A stretch of DNA of 64,000 nt from an uncultured candidate division Zixibacteria bacterium (GTDB lineage Bacteria; Zixibacteria; MSB-5A5; GN15; FEB-12). The translations under genes and the position numbers were made by a program. Below are positions 46,718 through 56,999 of this stretch, piece by piece. The notes below the pieces were generated by a model, which made no database searches, was not told the origin of the DNA, and saw only the letters and a list, made by a program, of their open reading frames with translations. Location: positions 1,440,001-1,504,000 of the forward strand of contig OY760907.1 in NCBI GenBank assembly GCA_963664195.1. Direction: 5' to 3'. Numbering within the stretch: the first letter of the stretch is position 1; every line of letters starts with the position of its first letter.

Positions 46718-47332
46718 ATGGACAACAACACGTTGAGCAATTATCTGGTCCCGATGGTGGTTGAGCAGACCGGTCGGGGAGAGCGGGCGTATGATATTTT
46801 TTCACGTCTTCTCAAGGATCGGATTATTTTCATCGGGACGCCTATTGACGACGGTGTGGCGAATCTTGTGGTCGCCCAGATGCTGTTCCTTGAGGCTGAA
46901 GATCCGGAAAAAGACATTTTCGTGTATATCAACTCACCGGGCGGTTCGGTGACGGCTATGCTGGCCATGTACGATACTATGCAGTTCATCAAGCCGGATG
47001 TTGCCACGACCTGTATGGGGCTGGCCGCCTCGGCCGGGGCTTTTCTGTTGATGGCCGGAACGGCCGGAAAACGCGCTGCGTTGCCGAACAGCCGGATTAT
47101 GATTCACCAGCCGTTGGGAGGAACCCAGGGTCAGGTTTCTGATATGGTCATTATGACCGAAGAGGCGGTGAATACGAAGAAGAAAATCAATGATCTTCTC
47201 GTAGTACATACAGGTCAGCCGCTGGAGAGAATCCAGATTGATACCGACCGTAACAACTTCATGTCGCCCGAAGAGGCTAAAGCGTACGGCCTGATCGACA
47301 AGATTTATGATGTGAAGCGAGAAGAGAAGTAG
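46718..47332 (+). CDS. clpP: ATP-dependent Clp protease proteolytic subunit
   Basis: [31 protein letters not shown]; catalytic Asp position reads Asn. Confidence 0.95.
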   Translation: MDNNTLSNYLVPMVVEQTGRGERAYDIFSRLLKDRIIFIGTPIDDGVANLVVAQMLFLEAEDPEKDIFVYINSPGGSVTAMLAMYDTMQFIKPDVATTCMGLAASAGAFLLMAGTAGKRAALPNSRIMIHQPLGGTQGQVSDMVIMTEEAVNTKKKINDLLVVHTGQPLERIQIDTDRNNFMSPEEAKAYGLIDKIYDVKREEK

Positions 47333-47342
47333 TAAGAGCAAT

Positions 47343-48620
47343 ATGTCAAAAGAGACGTTTGATCCAGGCACGCAGCAACGGTGTTCGTTCTGCGGCAAAC
47401 CGCACGCTCAAGTGAAGCGGTTGTTCTCCGGTCACGAGTCGTACATCTGTAACGAGTGCGTGATGCTCTGCAACGATCTGCTGCAGAGTTCGCCGGATTT
47501 TGAACCGAGCGAGGAGATTCGCGATCTGCCGACTCCGGCTCATATCAAGGCATTCCTTGATAAGTACGTGATCGGTCAGGAAAGCGCCAAGCGGATGGTG
47601 TCGGTAGCGGTATATAACCACTACAAACGCATCAACTACCGTCTGGATCAGAAGTCCAGGGGACGACTGACGGCTTCGAGTGACGAGGTTGAGCTTGAAA
47701 AAGCGAACATCCTCATGCTCGGACCGACCGGCACCGGCAAGACCTTGATCGCGAGATCGCTGGCCAAGTTCCTCAAGGTGCCGTTTACCATTGCCGATGC
47801 CACGGTGCTTACCGAGGCGGGGTATGTGGGCGAGGATGTCGAGAACATTCTCGTGCGGCTGTTCCAGGCGTCGAATTTCAACCCGCACAAAACCGAACGG
47901 GGGATAATCTATATCGACGAACTCGATAAGATTTCCCGCAAGGACGGTAACCCGTCGATTACCCGCGATGTCTCCGGCGAGGGTGTCCAGCAGGGTTTGT
48001 TGAAAATCCTTGAGGGCACCGTGGCCAACATCCCACCGCGCGGCGGACGGAAACATCCGGAACAGGCGTTTGTGCAGATAGACACGACCAACATCCTGTT
48101 TATCTGTGGCGGAGCGTTCGACGGTCTCGAAAAGATCATCTCGCGCCGCATGGGCAACAAGGTGGTTGGGTTTGAGGTTGAGAAATCGGCGATAAGCGAG
48201 AAATCAATCGACATTCTTGACCGTGTGACGCCGTCGGATTTGATCAGCTACGGATTGATTCCTGAACTCGTCGGACGTCTCCCGGTGGCAGCCTCGTTGC
48301 AGCCGCTTGACGAAGCGGCCCTGTTGACGATTCTTACGGAGCCGAAGGACGCGCTTACCAAGCAGTACGCCAAACTTATGGAAATGGAGAACGTCCGGTT
48401 GACGTTTGAACCGGAGGCGCTGAAAGCGGCGGTGAAAATCGCGGCCGAACGCAACACCGGGGCAAGGGCTTTGCGGTCCATTTTCGAACGCGCAATGCTG
48501 GAGATATTGTACGACGTACCTTCGCATCCGGAGATCGCCGAGGTTGTTGTGACGGCCGAGACGGTTACCGAGGGCAAGCCGCCGAAACTGATCAAGCGGA
48601 GCGACAAGAAGGCCGGTTGA
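47343..48620 (+). CDS. clpX: ATP-dependent Clp protease ATP-binding subunit
   Basis: CSFC..ICNEC zinc finger; [32 protein letters not shown] loop. Confidence 0.97.
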   Translation: MSKETFDPGTQQRCSFCGKPHAQVKRLFSGHESYICNECVMLCNDLLQSSPDFEPSEEIRDLPTPAHIKAFLDKYVIGQESAKRMVSVAVYNHYKRINYRLDQKSRGRLTASSDEVELEKANILMLGPTGTGKTLIARSLAKFLKVPFTIADATVLTEAGYVGEDVENILVRLFQASNFNPHKTERGIIYIDELDKISRKDGNPSITRDVSGEGVQQGLLKILEGTVANIPPRGGRKHPEQAFVQIDTTNILFICGGAFDGLEKIISRRMGNKVVGFEVEKSAISEKSIDILDRVTPSDLISYGLIPELVGRLPVAASLQPLDEAALLTILTEPKDALTKQYAKLMEMENVRLTFEPEALKAAVKIAAERNTGARALRSIFERAMLEILYDVPSHPEIAEVVVTAETVTEGKPPKLIKRSDKKAG

Positions 48621-48644
48621 TCTGGTTGATTGTTGAATGATATG

Positions 48645-48676
48645 AACCGGAGTCCTGCAAGGGGCTCCGGTTTTTT
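48645..48676 (+). terminator. intrinsic terminator
   Basis: AACCGGAGTCCT-GCAA-GGGGCTCCGGTTTTTT. Confidence 0.85.
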
Positions 48677-48987
48677 GTGGGAGGAGTGGAGTCCTCAGAG
48701 GAGTCAAGCTTCTCGTCAGTCAGACGCCTTTCCCTCTTATGTGCCGTCAGGTGTCAGCGACACGGTGTGTCCCCACCTGACAGCTTCGGAAGTGTGTTTG
48801 GCCGCTTTCGTTCTGCACTGAACCTGATATCGACGTCCGCTGACCCTGACAGCACGTAGCGGGAGAGACTTGCTCGACACCCAGAAGTGATCCTCCTCTT
48901 CTCACTTTTCTCCTGTACTTGCGAACCTGAAGCGAAGACTTACGTTTAAGAGAGCATCGGACCACCCCAAACCCAAACGGAGGAATC

Positions 48988-49470
48988 ATGCATCAGTCCA
49001 TCGCCCAGATCGCCGCCCTGTACAACCTGAACACTCAGCTCCTTACAAAAACGCTCGCCGGTATCAAAGACGAAGACACGTCCACTCGCCCAAATGACAA
49101 GGCCAACTCCGCCAATTTCGTCGCCGGACACACCGTCTCCTCACGGTACAGTGTAGCTGCCTGCCTTGGACTCAAAGAGGAATGCCCGTGGGGCGAGCTG
49201 TACGGAATGGGAGCGAAGATCAAGGATGCGTCGGAGTATCCGTCGATGGATGAAATCAAAAAAGTATGGGCCGATATTTCGGAAAAGATTGCCGCTCAAT
49301 TGGAGAAGGTCGACGAGGCTACCCTCAATGCCGAAGGTGCCTGGCAGCCGCCGGGATGCGAAAAGACGAATCTCGGCATCGTGACTTTCTTGCAGTTCCA
49401 CGAGAGCTATCACATCGGGCAGCTTGCGTACTTAGGTCGATTGCTCGGTGGCGAGCAGTTGTTCGGGTAG
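48988..49470 (+). CDS. DinB-family protein
   Basis: N.A....GH and HESYHIGQL motifs; GGAGG RBS. Confidence 0.85.
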   Translation: MHQSIAQIAALYNLNTQLLTKTLAGIKDEDTSTRPNDKANSANFVAGHTVSSRYSVAACLGLKEECPWGELYGMGAKIKDASEYPSMDEIKKVWADISEKIAAQLEKVDEATLNAEGAWQPPGCEKTNLGIVTFLQFHESYHIGQLAYLGRLLGGEQLFG

Positions 49471-49480
49471 GGGGAACTAC

Positions 49481-49575
49481 AATAAGTCACACTGAGCCTG
49501 TCGAAGTGTGCCCCGAATGGAGAGAAGAGGCAATCAAGTGACGCAGTCTTCGACAGGCTCAGACTGACTTGATTG
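49481..49575 (+). repeat. 95-bp palindromic element, copy 1
   Basis: One mismatch versus 50472-50566; inverted arms CTGAGCCTGTCGAAG / CTTCGACAGGCTCAG. Confidence 0.92.
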
Positions 49576-49597
49576 ACAGATTGACATGACAGCAGTT

Positions 49598-49660
49598 GTA
49601 GGTCAGAACCCCTGCGGTTCTGACAGGGACAATGTCGAAACTACAGGAGTTTCGACCTAC
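49598..49660. repeat. inverted pair of GTAG REPs (REPIN-like doublet)
   Basis: GTAGGTCAGAACC..GGTTCTGAC (+) facing GTCGAAACT..AGTTTCGACCTAC (-). Confidence 0.75.
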
Positions 49661-49922
49661 GAAAAGAGCACTGAAGACAAACCTGCAACGCCGGAATCGA
49701 TGACTCGAACGGCAGATCGAAAATCCGGTGCATCTGCTCAGAGTCGTCAAGCGAGGTCGCCTGACGACACATGCAAGGGGTGATTCTCGGCTCGGAAGAC
49801 TTGTGTGGAAGCGCGACCCGAGTTGTGCGAAAAGTCCCCTCTTGAGAGGGGATTTAGGGGTGTGTTTGGCTTTCGCGGGTTGCCCGCACAGACGAGAAAT
49901 CTCATATCACAAGGGGAGAATT

Positions 49923-50435
49923 ATGGTTAATCAAACGAAATGGAACGATCGCGAATTCAACTTCGATTTCCCTGTCGGCGTCTATCCGTGTTTGATCGCG
50001 AGACTGAAAGGCGCGGCAGTGAGGCTTGAGGAAATCGTCGCGTCGTTGCCGAAAGAAGTGTTGACGAAACCGGTCGAGGGCGGCTGGACGATTCAGGAAC
50101 ATATCGGGCATTTCAAGAATGTCGATGTTCTCCACGTGCGTCGTCTCGACGACTACGACAACTGTGAGGCAGTGCTTCGACCGCCGAAGATGACCGACGA
50201 GTACACGCCCAGCGGGAGGTTCAATGAGATGGAGATCGCTGACATCCTGAGCGATTTTCGAGCGGGCCGTGAGGTGTTTGTGAAACGGTTGGAGGCGTTG
50301 GACGAAGCGGGCGCGTCACGAAGCGCACATCACCCGAGATTGAACAAACCGATGCGGGTGGTTGATATGGTGTTGTTCGCCGCCGAACACGACGATCATC
50401 ATTTCGCGAGGATTGCGGAGCTGGCGCGGCGGTAG
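49923..50435 (+). CDS. DinB-family protein (YfiT-like)
   Basis: GWTIQEHIGH and AEHDDHH metal-binding histidines. Confidence 0.85.
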   Translation: MVNQTKWNDREFNFDFPVGVYPCLIARLKGAAVRLEEIVASLPKEVLTKPVEGGWTIQEHIGHFKNVDVLHVRRLDDYDNCEAVLRPPKMTDEYTPSGRFNEMEIADILSDFRAGREVFVKRLEALDEAGASRSAHHPRLNKPMRVVDMVLFAAEHDDHHFARIAELARR

Positions 50436-50471
50436 GCAGGGTCTTCCGGCTTTGTGCGTGCGGTCGCTACT

Positions 50472-50566
50472 AATAAGTCACACTGAGCCTGTCGAAGTGT
50501 GCCCCGAATGGAGAGAAGAGGCAATCAAGTGGCGCAGTCTTCGACAGGCTCAGACTGACTTGATTG
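50472..50566 (+). repeat. 95-bp palindromic element, copy 2
   Basis: Direct repeat of 49481-49575. Confidence 0.92.
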
Positions 50567-50708
50567 GAGGCCTTGCGTGATTCGGGCACCGTCGTTCGAT
50601 TGGTCTGCGCTCATGACGTCACCACACGCCCGTTGACAGTCGCTTCTGTGTCGTGTATTCTACGGTCGGCGATAGGCATTGCTACTTCAACACCTGATCG
50701 GGGGATGA

Positions 50709-51404
50709 GTGAAAGTTTTCGGGACAAGAGCGGCACGGGGGAGGCGGATAGGGATTTGGCTGCTGTGTCCGCTAGTTCTTGTGGCTTCGCTGTCATTGTC
50801 TTGCACCAAATGGAGGTATTCGAGGGCTTTCTTCACGCCTGAGTATATGCCGCCGGAGGACGCCGATCCGGTGAGGCTGGATCGGCACAGCGTTCTCTCG
50901 GAGATGTTCGAGGAGTGGGTGGTCTACATAGACTTCAGAGGTATCAGTTGTGCTGAATCGAGTTCGGATGCGCGAGACCGTAATGTGTTTCTTATTGAGC
51001 AACCTACATCACCCGAAGAGGATTGGAACGCCTATTGGTTTGGTTTGTACTTCTGGCCTCCTGGTGATACCAGCTTCCTCGGTCGAGGTGGTGGGGAGTG
51101 GGCGCCCGGCAAATCCTCTGTCGATTCCAGCAGCAATACCGTGATTGTTGATACTATGTGGATTGAAGCTATTCCTTCGGGGATAATCGACACCCTGGCT
51201 CCCTGGACTCACGGTAACACGGCAGGCCGTATTTTCGGATTCCCTGTAGGGTACGTGGAGATTGATTCAACCGCTACTGCTATTGAAGTAAGCTTCACGG
51301 CTCGCTTGATTGATCCTGCAGGTGAGGAACTGACTAGCAAGGACTACAGCGTTCGCATGTTTCCATGGCGGGGTAAGTTCAATATGTGGACTCCGTGTGA
51401 ATGA
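50709..51404 (+). CDS. hypothetical lipoprotein
   Basis: Basic N-terminus, hydrophobic stretch, LSLSC lipobox; promoter TTGACA-17-TATTCT at 50633-50661. Confidence 0.65.
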   Translation: MKVFGTRAARGRRIGIWLLCPLVLVASLSLSCTKWRYSRAFFTPEYMPPEDADPVRLDRHSVLSEMFEEWVVYIDFRGISCAESSSDARDRNVFLIEQPTSPEEDWNAYWFGLYFWPPGDTSFLGRGGGEWAPGKSSVDSSSNTVIVDTMWIEAIPSGIIDTLAPWTHGNTAGRIFGFPVGYVEIDSTATAIEVSFTARLIDPAGEELTSKDYSVRMFPWRGKFNMWTPCE

Positions 51405-51481
51405 TGTGATTGCATGATGTCGGGTTTCTCGCCGCGCATGGTATGCGCGCCTCGGAACACCGACCTACAAGAGAATTGCCT

Positions 51482-52030
51482 CTATTCCTTGACTACCCTT
51501 AAAGTCGTTTTGACGTTGCGGCCGCGGAAGACAAAAGCGAGCTTCTTCTCCCACCATTCAACACTTTTCAGCCGAATGAGTAGTCGCGGAATCATGCTGA
51601 GCATGCTTGCGCCAAACGTCACCTCTGAACTCACGAGAGCGAATCGCGGAATCTGCTCCTGCAAATACGACTCGGTGAAAATCGTGTACCATCCGCTGGC
51701 AATGTGCCGCAGATGCGTCGGGTCTTTGTAGGAATCAACCGAGGAAAAGTGGGGCGTGACGATATGCACCTCGGCGTTCGGTTTCGCCACGCGGTGGATT
51801 TCGTTCATGAAATCAACTACCGACGAAACATGCTCAATCACGTGATGGGCATAGATCGTCTCAAAGCGATTCGCGGGCAAATCCCACGGCAAATCGTTCA
51901 TGTCCAGAACCTGATCGACCCCGGCGTACTTGTGGAGGTCCACCCCCCACGCACCTTCGACTTTGGAGGGTCCGCAGCCAAGATCGAGAATTGCGGTGGT
52001 CGGTTTGTGGGCAGGTTCAGGATTCGTCAC
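51482..52030 (-). CDS. class I SAM-dependent methyltransferase-like protein
   Basis: ILDLGCG, HVIEH, EIHRV.KP, DPTH; probable GTG start at 52030. Confidence 0.82.
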   Translation of the reverse strand: MTNPEPAHKPTTAILDLGCGPSKVEGAWGVDLHKYAGVDQVLDMNDLPWDLPANRFETIYAHHVIEHVSSVVDFMNEIHRVAKPNAEVHIVTPHFSSVDSYKDPTHLRHIASGWYTIFTESYLQEQIPRFALVSSEVTFGASMLSMIPRLLIRLKSVEWWEKKLAFVFRGRNVKTTLRVVKE

Positions 52031-52231
52031 GTTCTTTTGGTTGCCTGTGTGAGTGTTTCGTTGGCTGGTGCCAATATGGGGTAGTGGGAGTCGGGGAGCC
52101 AAGTAGAATTTGTGAGACGAGGTAAGTACGTGGGGCGGGTCCGTCTTTGAACCCGCCGGAAGGATCGAACTCCATGGGTTCGACATTGAGATTGTCAGGC
52201 CAGGAGACAGGCCTGACCTGCAAGATGATAT

Positions 52232-52801
52232 CTACCACACCAACCGGTACAGCGGTCTGGTCGGAGCCAAGCGCTGAATTTCAACGAAACCTAATCGTTG
52301 GAACAGCACCTCCGGGCCGGTGTAGGAAAAGGCCGGTGGCAGTTTATTGCCGTCTTTTGTCAGCGTGACGGGGTAGGCCTCGACGAGTTTGCCTTTGTGT
52401 CGTTCGATTGCTTTGACCGCTTCTTCGGCCATCAGGAAACCGAGATTCTTGCCGCGATATCCCTTTGCGAGGAAGAAACAGTTGATGCACCAAACCCCTT
52501 CCGTGTCCTCGCGACGGTAGGCCCTGGTGCGGTCCAGTCGGGGGAAGTCGTTTCGTTTGCCGAACGAGCACCATCCGCAAGGCGTGTCGCCGTCGAAAGC
52601 CAGAATTCCGAGAGCCTTGCCGGATTCGACCAGCTTTTTGAAGGCATGACGGTTTGGCTCGCCCTTGGCCGCCTCCCAGGTTTTGCCCCCTTTTTCGATC
52701 CGCCAGTGCATGCACCAGCAACCGCCACAGGCACCTTTGGAGCCAAAGAGCGTCTCGATATTGGGCCAGTCTTCGGGATTGAGTTCGCGGACGCTGATCA
52801 T
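52232..52801 (-). CDS. GNAT-family acetyltransferase
   Basis: CGGCWCM.WR, GWC...R, W.I.CFF....YRGK, VEAYP; AAGGAAGG RBS. Confidence 0.85.
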   Translation of the reverse strand: MISVRELNPEDWPNIETLFGSKGACGGCWCMHWRIEKGGKTWEAAKGEPNRHAFKKLVESGKALGILAFDGDTPCGWCSFGKRNDFPRLDRTRAYRREDTEGVWCINCFFLAKGYRGKNLGFLMAEEAVKAIERHKGKLVEAYPVTLTKDGNKLPPAFSYTGPEVLFQRLGFVEIQRLAPTRPLYRLVW

Positions 52802-53112
52802 AGGACCTTCCTTGGTTAGATTGAGGGTCGGCACGGGCCATGTGGCCTCATGAACATCTTATGTCAGAGAGGACTTGAAGGCAATACCCGATTATCGCGC
52901 AATTCCGTGCTATTAAATCTGTTACATCGCCCGGCAGGTCCAAAAACAGCTTGCTTTTTGGTCCGGGTTCTCTAATCTTTGAAACGATTCACGGTCCTCA
53001 ACCGTTATGTCCGTACGGTGCCTTTCAGGCGAGTCGCTGGAGAAAGCCTCGTCGGGCGGTCCGTGCTCAGAATTGGGAAGATAAGGCAAATCAGGTATAA
53101 AGGTATTTAGAC

Positions 53113-53448
53113 ATGAAATTTACCGATGAAGTTAACGATGCAGGTGTCATCACGATTGACATCTCCGGAAAGATCATGGGTGGCGAGGAGACAACGCTGT
53201 TCCACGGGAAGCTGCATGAGTATATCCAGTTGAACAAGAAGAACTTCGTGCTGGACCTCAAGAAGGTTGAATGGATGAACTCGGTTGGTCTTGGGATGCT
53301 GATCTCGGCTCTTACTACTGTCAAGAATTCCGGTGGCCGCCTAGTGCTGGCCAATATAACCAATATTGAGTCGATTTTGGCGATGACGCGCCTGATCACG
53401 GTGTTTGAGCATTTCGATTCCCGTGAGGAAGCGCTCAAGTCTTTTTAG
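53113..53448 (+). CDS. STAS-domain anti-sigma-factor antagonist
   Basis: LDL..V.WMNSVGLGMLI..GG.L.L; terminator at 53481-53508. Confidence 0.92.
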   Translation: MKFTDEVNDAGVITIDISGKIMGGEETTLFHGKLHEYIQLNKKNFVLDLKKVEWMNSVGLGMLISALTTVKNSGGRLVLANITNIESILAMTRLITVFEHFDSREEALKSF

Positions 53449-53665
53449 TATTCGAGCTTTGCAGGCGAAGATATCTGAAGAAGCCCCGTAAGAGTACGGG
53501 GCTTTATTACTTTCGGAGCGACGAGGACTGTCTCAATGATTGCCCGGGGTCGATTGCACGATGGCTCTTGTTGATTCGTTAGTAGACATTGGTTATAATG
53601 TCCGTTGATAGATTCAGCCAGACACGAGCAACATTTGTTCTTGACATCACATGGAGAGCCTGCGC

Positions 53666-54505
53666 ATGTTTCAGTCCGTCGTTCAGGTTGACGCCTTCAC
53701 CGACAAACCGTTTTCCGGCAATCCGGCCGCCGTTTGCGTTATGGAGGGTCCGGCCGATGAAGGCTGGATGCAGACTGTGGCGCGAGAGATGAACCTCTCG
53801 GAGACGGCTTTTCTCTATCCTGACGACCAGGGTTATCATCTTCGCTGGTTCACTCCCAAAGTTGAAGTCAATTTGTGCGGGCATGCTACCCTGGCCAGTG
53901 CGCACGTGCTGTTTGAATCCGAGTTGATTCCTGAAGGCAAGTCTATCCATTTCAAAACGAGAAGCGGCTTGCTCACGGCTCGTCGTGACGGCGAGTTTAT
54001 CGAATTGGATTTCCCTGCCACGCACGTGGAAGAGTCCTCGATCCCCCCGGGACTCACGCAACTACTGGGAGTGCGGCCTAAGTTTGTCGGGCGCTCTGCC
54101 TTTGATTACCTGGTTGAGGTGGAATCCGAGGCTATTGTGCGTGCGCTGAAACCGGACTTCTCCGAGTTATCCAAGTTGCCGGTGCGCGGGTTGTGTGTGA
54201 CGGCGTTTGATTTCTCCAAACAGTATGATTTCGTATCGCGGTTTTTCGCCCCGGCTGCGGGTGTCAATGAGGATCCTGTTACCGGGTCGGCTCATTGTGC
54301 GCTGGCTCCGTATTGGGCGAAGTATCTTAAGCGGAACGAGTTTCTTGCCTACCAGGCCTCACCGCGTGGTGGGGAAGTGCGACTTCGTTTGGAAGGCGAT
54401 AGAGTTATTTTGGGGGGGCGGGCGATTACGGTTATGCGTGGCGAGTTGACCTCGGACCGCGTGCCGGAGATAGAGGCACCGAAGACACCAGAGTCACAGC
54501 TATAA
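53666..54505 (+). CDS. PhzF-family isomerase/epimerase
   Basis: QVDAFT..F.GNPAAV, NLSETAF, LCGHATLA, EDPVTGSAHC. Confidence 0.93.
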   Translation: MFQSVVQVDAFTDKPFSGNPAAVCVMEGPADEGWMQTVAREMNLSETAFLYPDDQGYHLRWFTPKVEVNLCGHATLASAHVLFESELIPEGKSIHFKTRSGLLTARRDGEFIELDFPATHVEESSIPPGLTQLLGVRPKFVGRSAFDYLVEVESEAIVRALKPDFSELSKLPVRGLCVTAFDFSKQYDFVSRFFAPAAGVNEDPVTGSAHCALAPYWAKYLKRNEFLAYQASPRGGEVRLRLEGDRVILGGRAITVMRGELTSDRVPEIEAPKTPESQL

Positions 54506-54567
54506 GTCCCGTGCGCGGCACACGCAAGTGTGCCCGTTGAAACACCGGGACTCTCATGTGTGGGGCA

Positions 54568-54600
54568 GGCTGGGGCAGATTGTCATCTGCCGCCCACAGT
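54568..54600. repeat. 33-bp hairpin repeat, second copy at about 24854-24886
   Basis: GGCTGGGGCAGATTRTCATCTGCCGCCCACAGT occurs twice. Confidence 0.75.
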
Positions 54601-54705
54601 CAGCGATAGCACTTACAACTTTCACGCCGTTGTACATCACATTCTCAGGTTAATCAATCTCATCGGTTGCTTCCTCGCGTTCTGCGCCTATATTCTCCTA
54701 CTATC

Positions 54706-56895
54706 ATGAACAGACTTCTTGAAGACCTTAATGACGCCCAGCGCGAGGCCGTCACCACCACCGATGGTCCTTTGCTGGTAATAGCCGGAGCGGGTTCCGG
54801 CAAAACGCGCGTATTGACCCGCAGGCTGGCCTATCTTCTTACCGAGCGACTGGCTGATCCGTATCAGATTCTCGCCGTGACGTTTACGAACAAAGCTGCC
54901 GGGGAGATGAAAGAACGTGTGGCTGCGCAAATGGGTTGTTCGATGGACCAGATGAGCGTGTCGACCTTCCATTCGTTCTGCGCTCGACTTTTGCGCCGCG
55001 AGGCGGAAGCGCTCGGTTACGGAACGAATTTCACGATATTCGATCAATCAGATTCGCTGACTCTGGTCAAGAACGCCATCAAAGAACTCGGTTTTGCGGA
55101 GGGGCAGTTCCCTGCCAAAGGGCAGCTTCGCAAGATCTCCGACGCCAAAAACCGCATGGTGAGTGCGGAGGCGTTTGCTTCGAGTGCTTCGGGGTACTTC
55201 GAGTCACGGACCGCTCAACTGTACGAGCTGTATCAGCGTCGACTGCGGGCCTGTGATGCGATGGATTTCGATGACCTCCTGTTCAACGCTGTCGTGCTCT
55301 TGAAATCCAACGAGCAGATCGGCGAGCGCTACCGCAATCGGTTCCGGTATCTGATGGTCGACGAGTACCAGGACACAAACCACATTCAGTATCTGCTGTT
55401 GAAGCATCTGCTGGGTGAACATCAGAATATGTGTGTGGTCGGTGATGAGGATCAGTCGATTTACGGTTGGCGCGGTGCCGACATTCGCAACATTCTCGAT
55501 TTCGAGAAGGATTTCCCGGGGGCGAAAATCATTCGGCTGGAGCAGAATTATCGCTCGACACAGATCATTCTCGATGCGGCCGGTCACGTAATCCAGAACA
55601 ACCAGATGCGCAAGGGGAAGAAGCTCTGGACCTCGCAGCAGGGGGGCGAAAAGCTCGATTTGTTTCTGGTAGATTCGGCCGAGGACGAGGCGGTGATGGT
55701 GGTGAGTCAGATCAAACAGCGCCTGGAAGAATGCTGCCTGCGGCAGAACGTCGTGCTGTACCGCACCAATGCCCAGTCGAGACCGTTTGAGGAGCAGTTT
55801 CGTCGCGAGAATATGCCGTACCAGATAGTGGGAGGGGTGGCGTTTTACCAGCGCAAAGAGATCAAAGATTTGATGGCGTATCTCAAGCTGATTGCAAACG
55901 CGGCGGATGATGTCTCGTTCCAGCGGGTGATAAACTACCCGAAACGAGGGCTGGGGAAGATTACGATTCTGCAAATAGCGGATCTGGCCCGCAAGCATAG
56001 TGTGCCGATGTACGACATTGCCAAAAACGCGATTCTGTATCCAGAATTGTCGGGCAAGTTCAAGCGGATGGAGCCGTTTGTGGCGTTGATCGAGAAGTAC
56101 CGTGAGAAGAAAAGCACGGAACCGATAGATTTGCTGACCCAGGATCTGGTGACCGAGCTGGAGTTGATAGATGAACTTCGTGCCGAGGACTTGATTATCG
56201 GGCAGACCAAAGTCGACAACGTCGAAGCGTTCATTGAAGGTACGGCTGAGTATTCAAAGACCAATGCTGAAGCGCGACTCGAAAACTACCTGGCCGAGAT
56301 TTCGCTGTTTACCGATCTGGATCAGTACCGAGAGATCGACGACAAAGTCACGCTTATGACTATCCACGCCGCGAAGGGACTTGAGTACGAGACGGTGTTT
56401 CTGGCCGGGTTGGAAGAGGGTCTGTTCCCGCTTCAGCGCGCAACTACCGAGCCGGCGGAGTTGGAAGAGGAGAGACGGTTGTTTTATGTTGGTGCGACGC
56501 GTGCCCGCAAGAAACTGTTTTTGACGTCAGCCGGGAGTCGGTTCCGGTTCGGCGAGGTAGAGTCGATTCCTTCGCGGTTCATCAAAGAGATACCGAAGGA
56601 GTTGATGGAGATTCGCGACATGCAGCAGCGACGTCGTGCGGTCTACGACAACGGGCAGGTTGCAGCCGGGGCGGCGGCGAGACAGCCGGCATCGACACAG
56701 ACAGGTATGCACTATGTTTACGAAGAGGACGAGATCATGCAGCCGGGGCGGATTGTGGCGCACCCGACCTTTGGTCGCGGCAAGATAATCAAGACCGAGG
56801 GGTTCGGGGAGTCGATGCGGCTTGAGATCATGTTCTCCGGAATCGGGGTCAAAAGGATCATGGCGAAATTCGCTAAACTCAAGGTGGTGGGTTAG
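54706..56895 (+). CDS. uvrD: UvrD/PcrA superfamily 1 DNA helicase
   Basis: AGAGSGKT, TFTNKAA, VDEYQDTN, GDEDQSIYGWRGA, NYRST, EERRLFYV; C-terminal H..FG.G Tudor-like domain. Confidence 0.95.
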   Translation: MNRLLEDLNDAQREAVTTTDGPLLVIAGAGSGKTRVLTRRLAYLLTERLADPYQILAVTFTNKAAGEMKERVAAQMGCSMDQMSVSTFHSFCARLLRREAEALGYGTNFTIFDQSDSLTLVKNAIKELGFAEGQFPAKGQLRKISDAKNRMVSAEAFASSASGYFESRTAQLYELYQRRLRACDAMDFDDLLFNAVVLLKSNEQIGERYRNRFRYLMVDEYQDTNHIQYLLLKHLLGEHQNMCVVGDEDQSIYGWRGADIRNILDFEKDFPGAKIIRLEQNYRSTQIILDAAGHVIQNNQMRKGKKLWTSQQGGEKLDLFLVDSAEDEAVMVVSQIKQRLEECCLRQNVVLYRTNAQSRPFEEQFRRENMPYQIVGGVAFYQRKEIKDLMAYLKLIANAADDVSFQRVINYPKRGLGKITILQIADLARKHSVPMYDIAKNAILYPELSGKFKRMEPFVALIEKYREKKSTEPIDLLTQDLVTELELIDELRAEDLIIGQTKVDNVEAFIEGTAEYSKTNAEARLENYLAEISLFTDLDQYREIDDKVTLMTIHAAKGLEYETVFLAGLEEGLFPLQRATTEPAELEEERRLFYVGATRARKKLFLTSAGSRFRFGEVESIPSRFIKEIPKELMEIRDMQQRRRAVYDNGQVAAGAAARQPASTQTGMHYVYEEDEIMQPGRIVAHPTFGRGKIIKTEGFGESMRLEIMFSGIGVKRIMAKFAKLKVVG

Positions 56896-56999
56896 TCGAT
56901 TCGATTCAAGGAATGCGCATTACTTACAGTCTAGGGGCGGTTTTTAGTTTGCGTTGATTCTCCTTGGCGGCGTTTTATTCTGTTTATGGGAGTCCTTTC

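Noticed and set aside
48745..48865. TGTCAG/CTGACA motifs upstream of DinB (and at about 52847-52869) as WYL-regulator sites
   Set aside because: Spacing is inconsistent between sites and no such regulator is in the window
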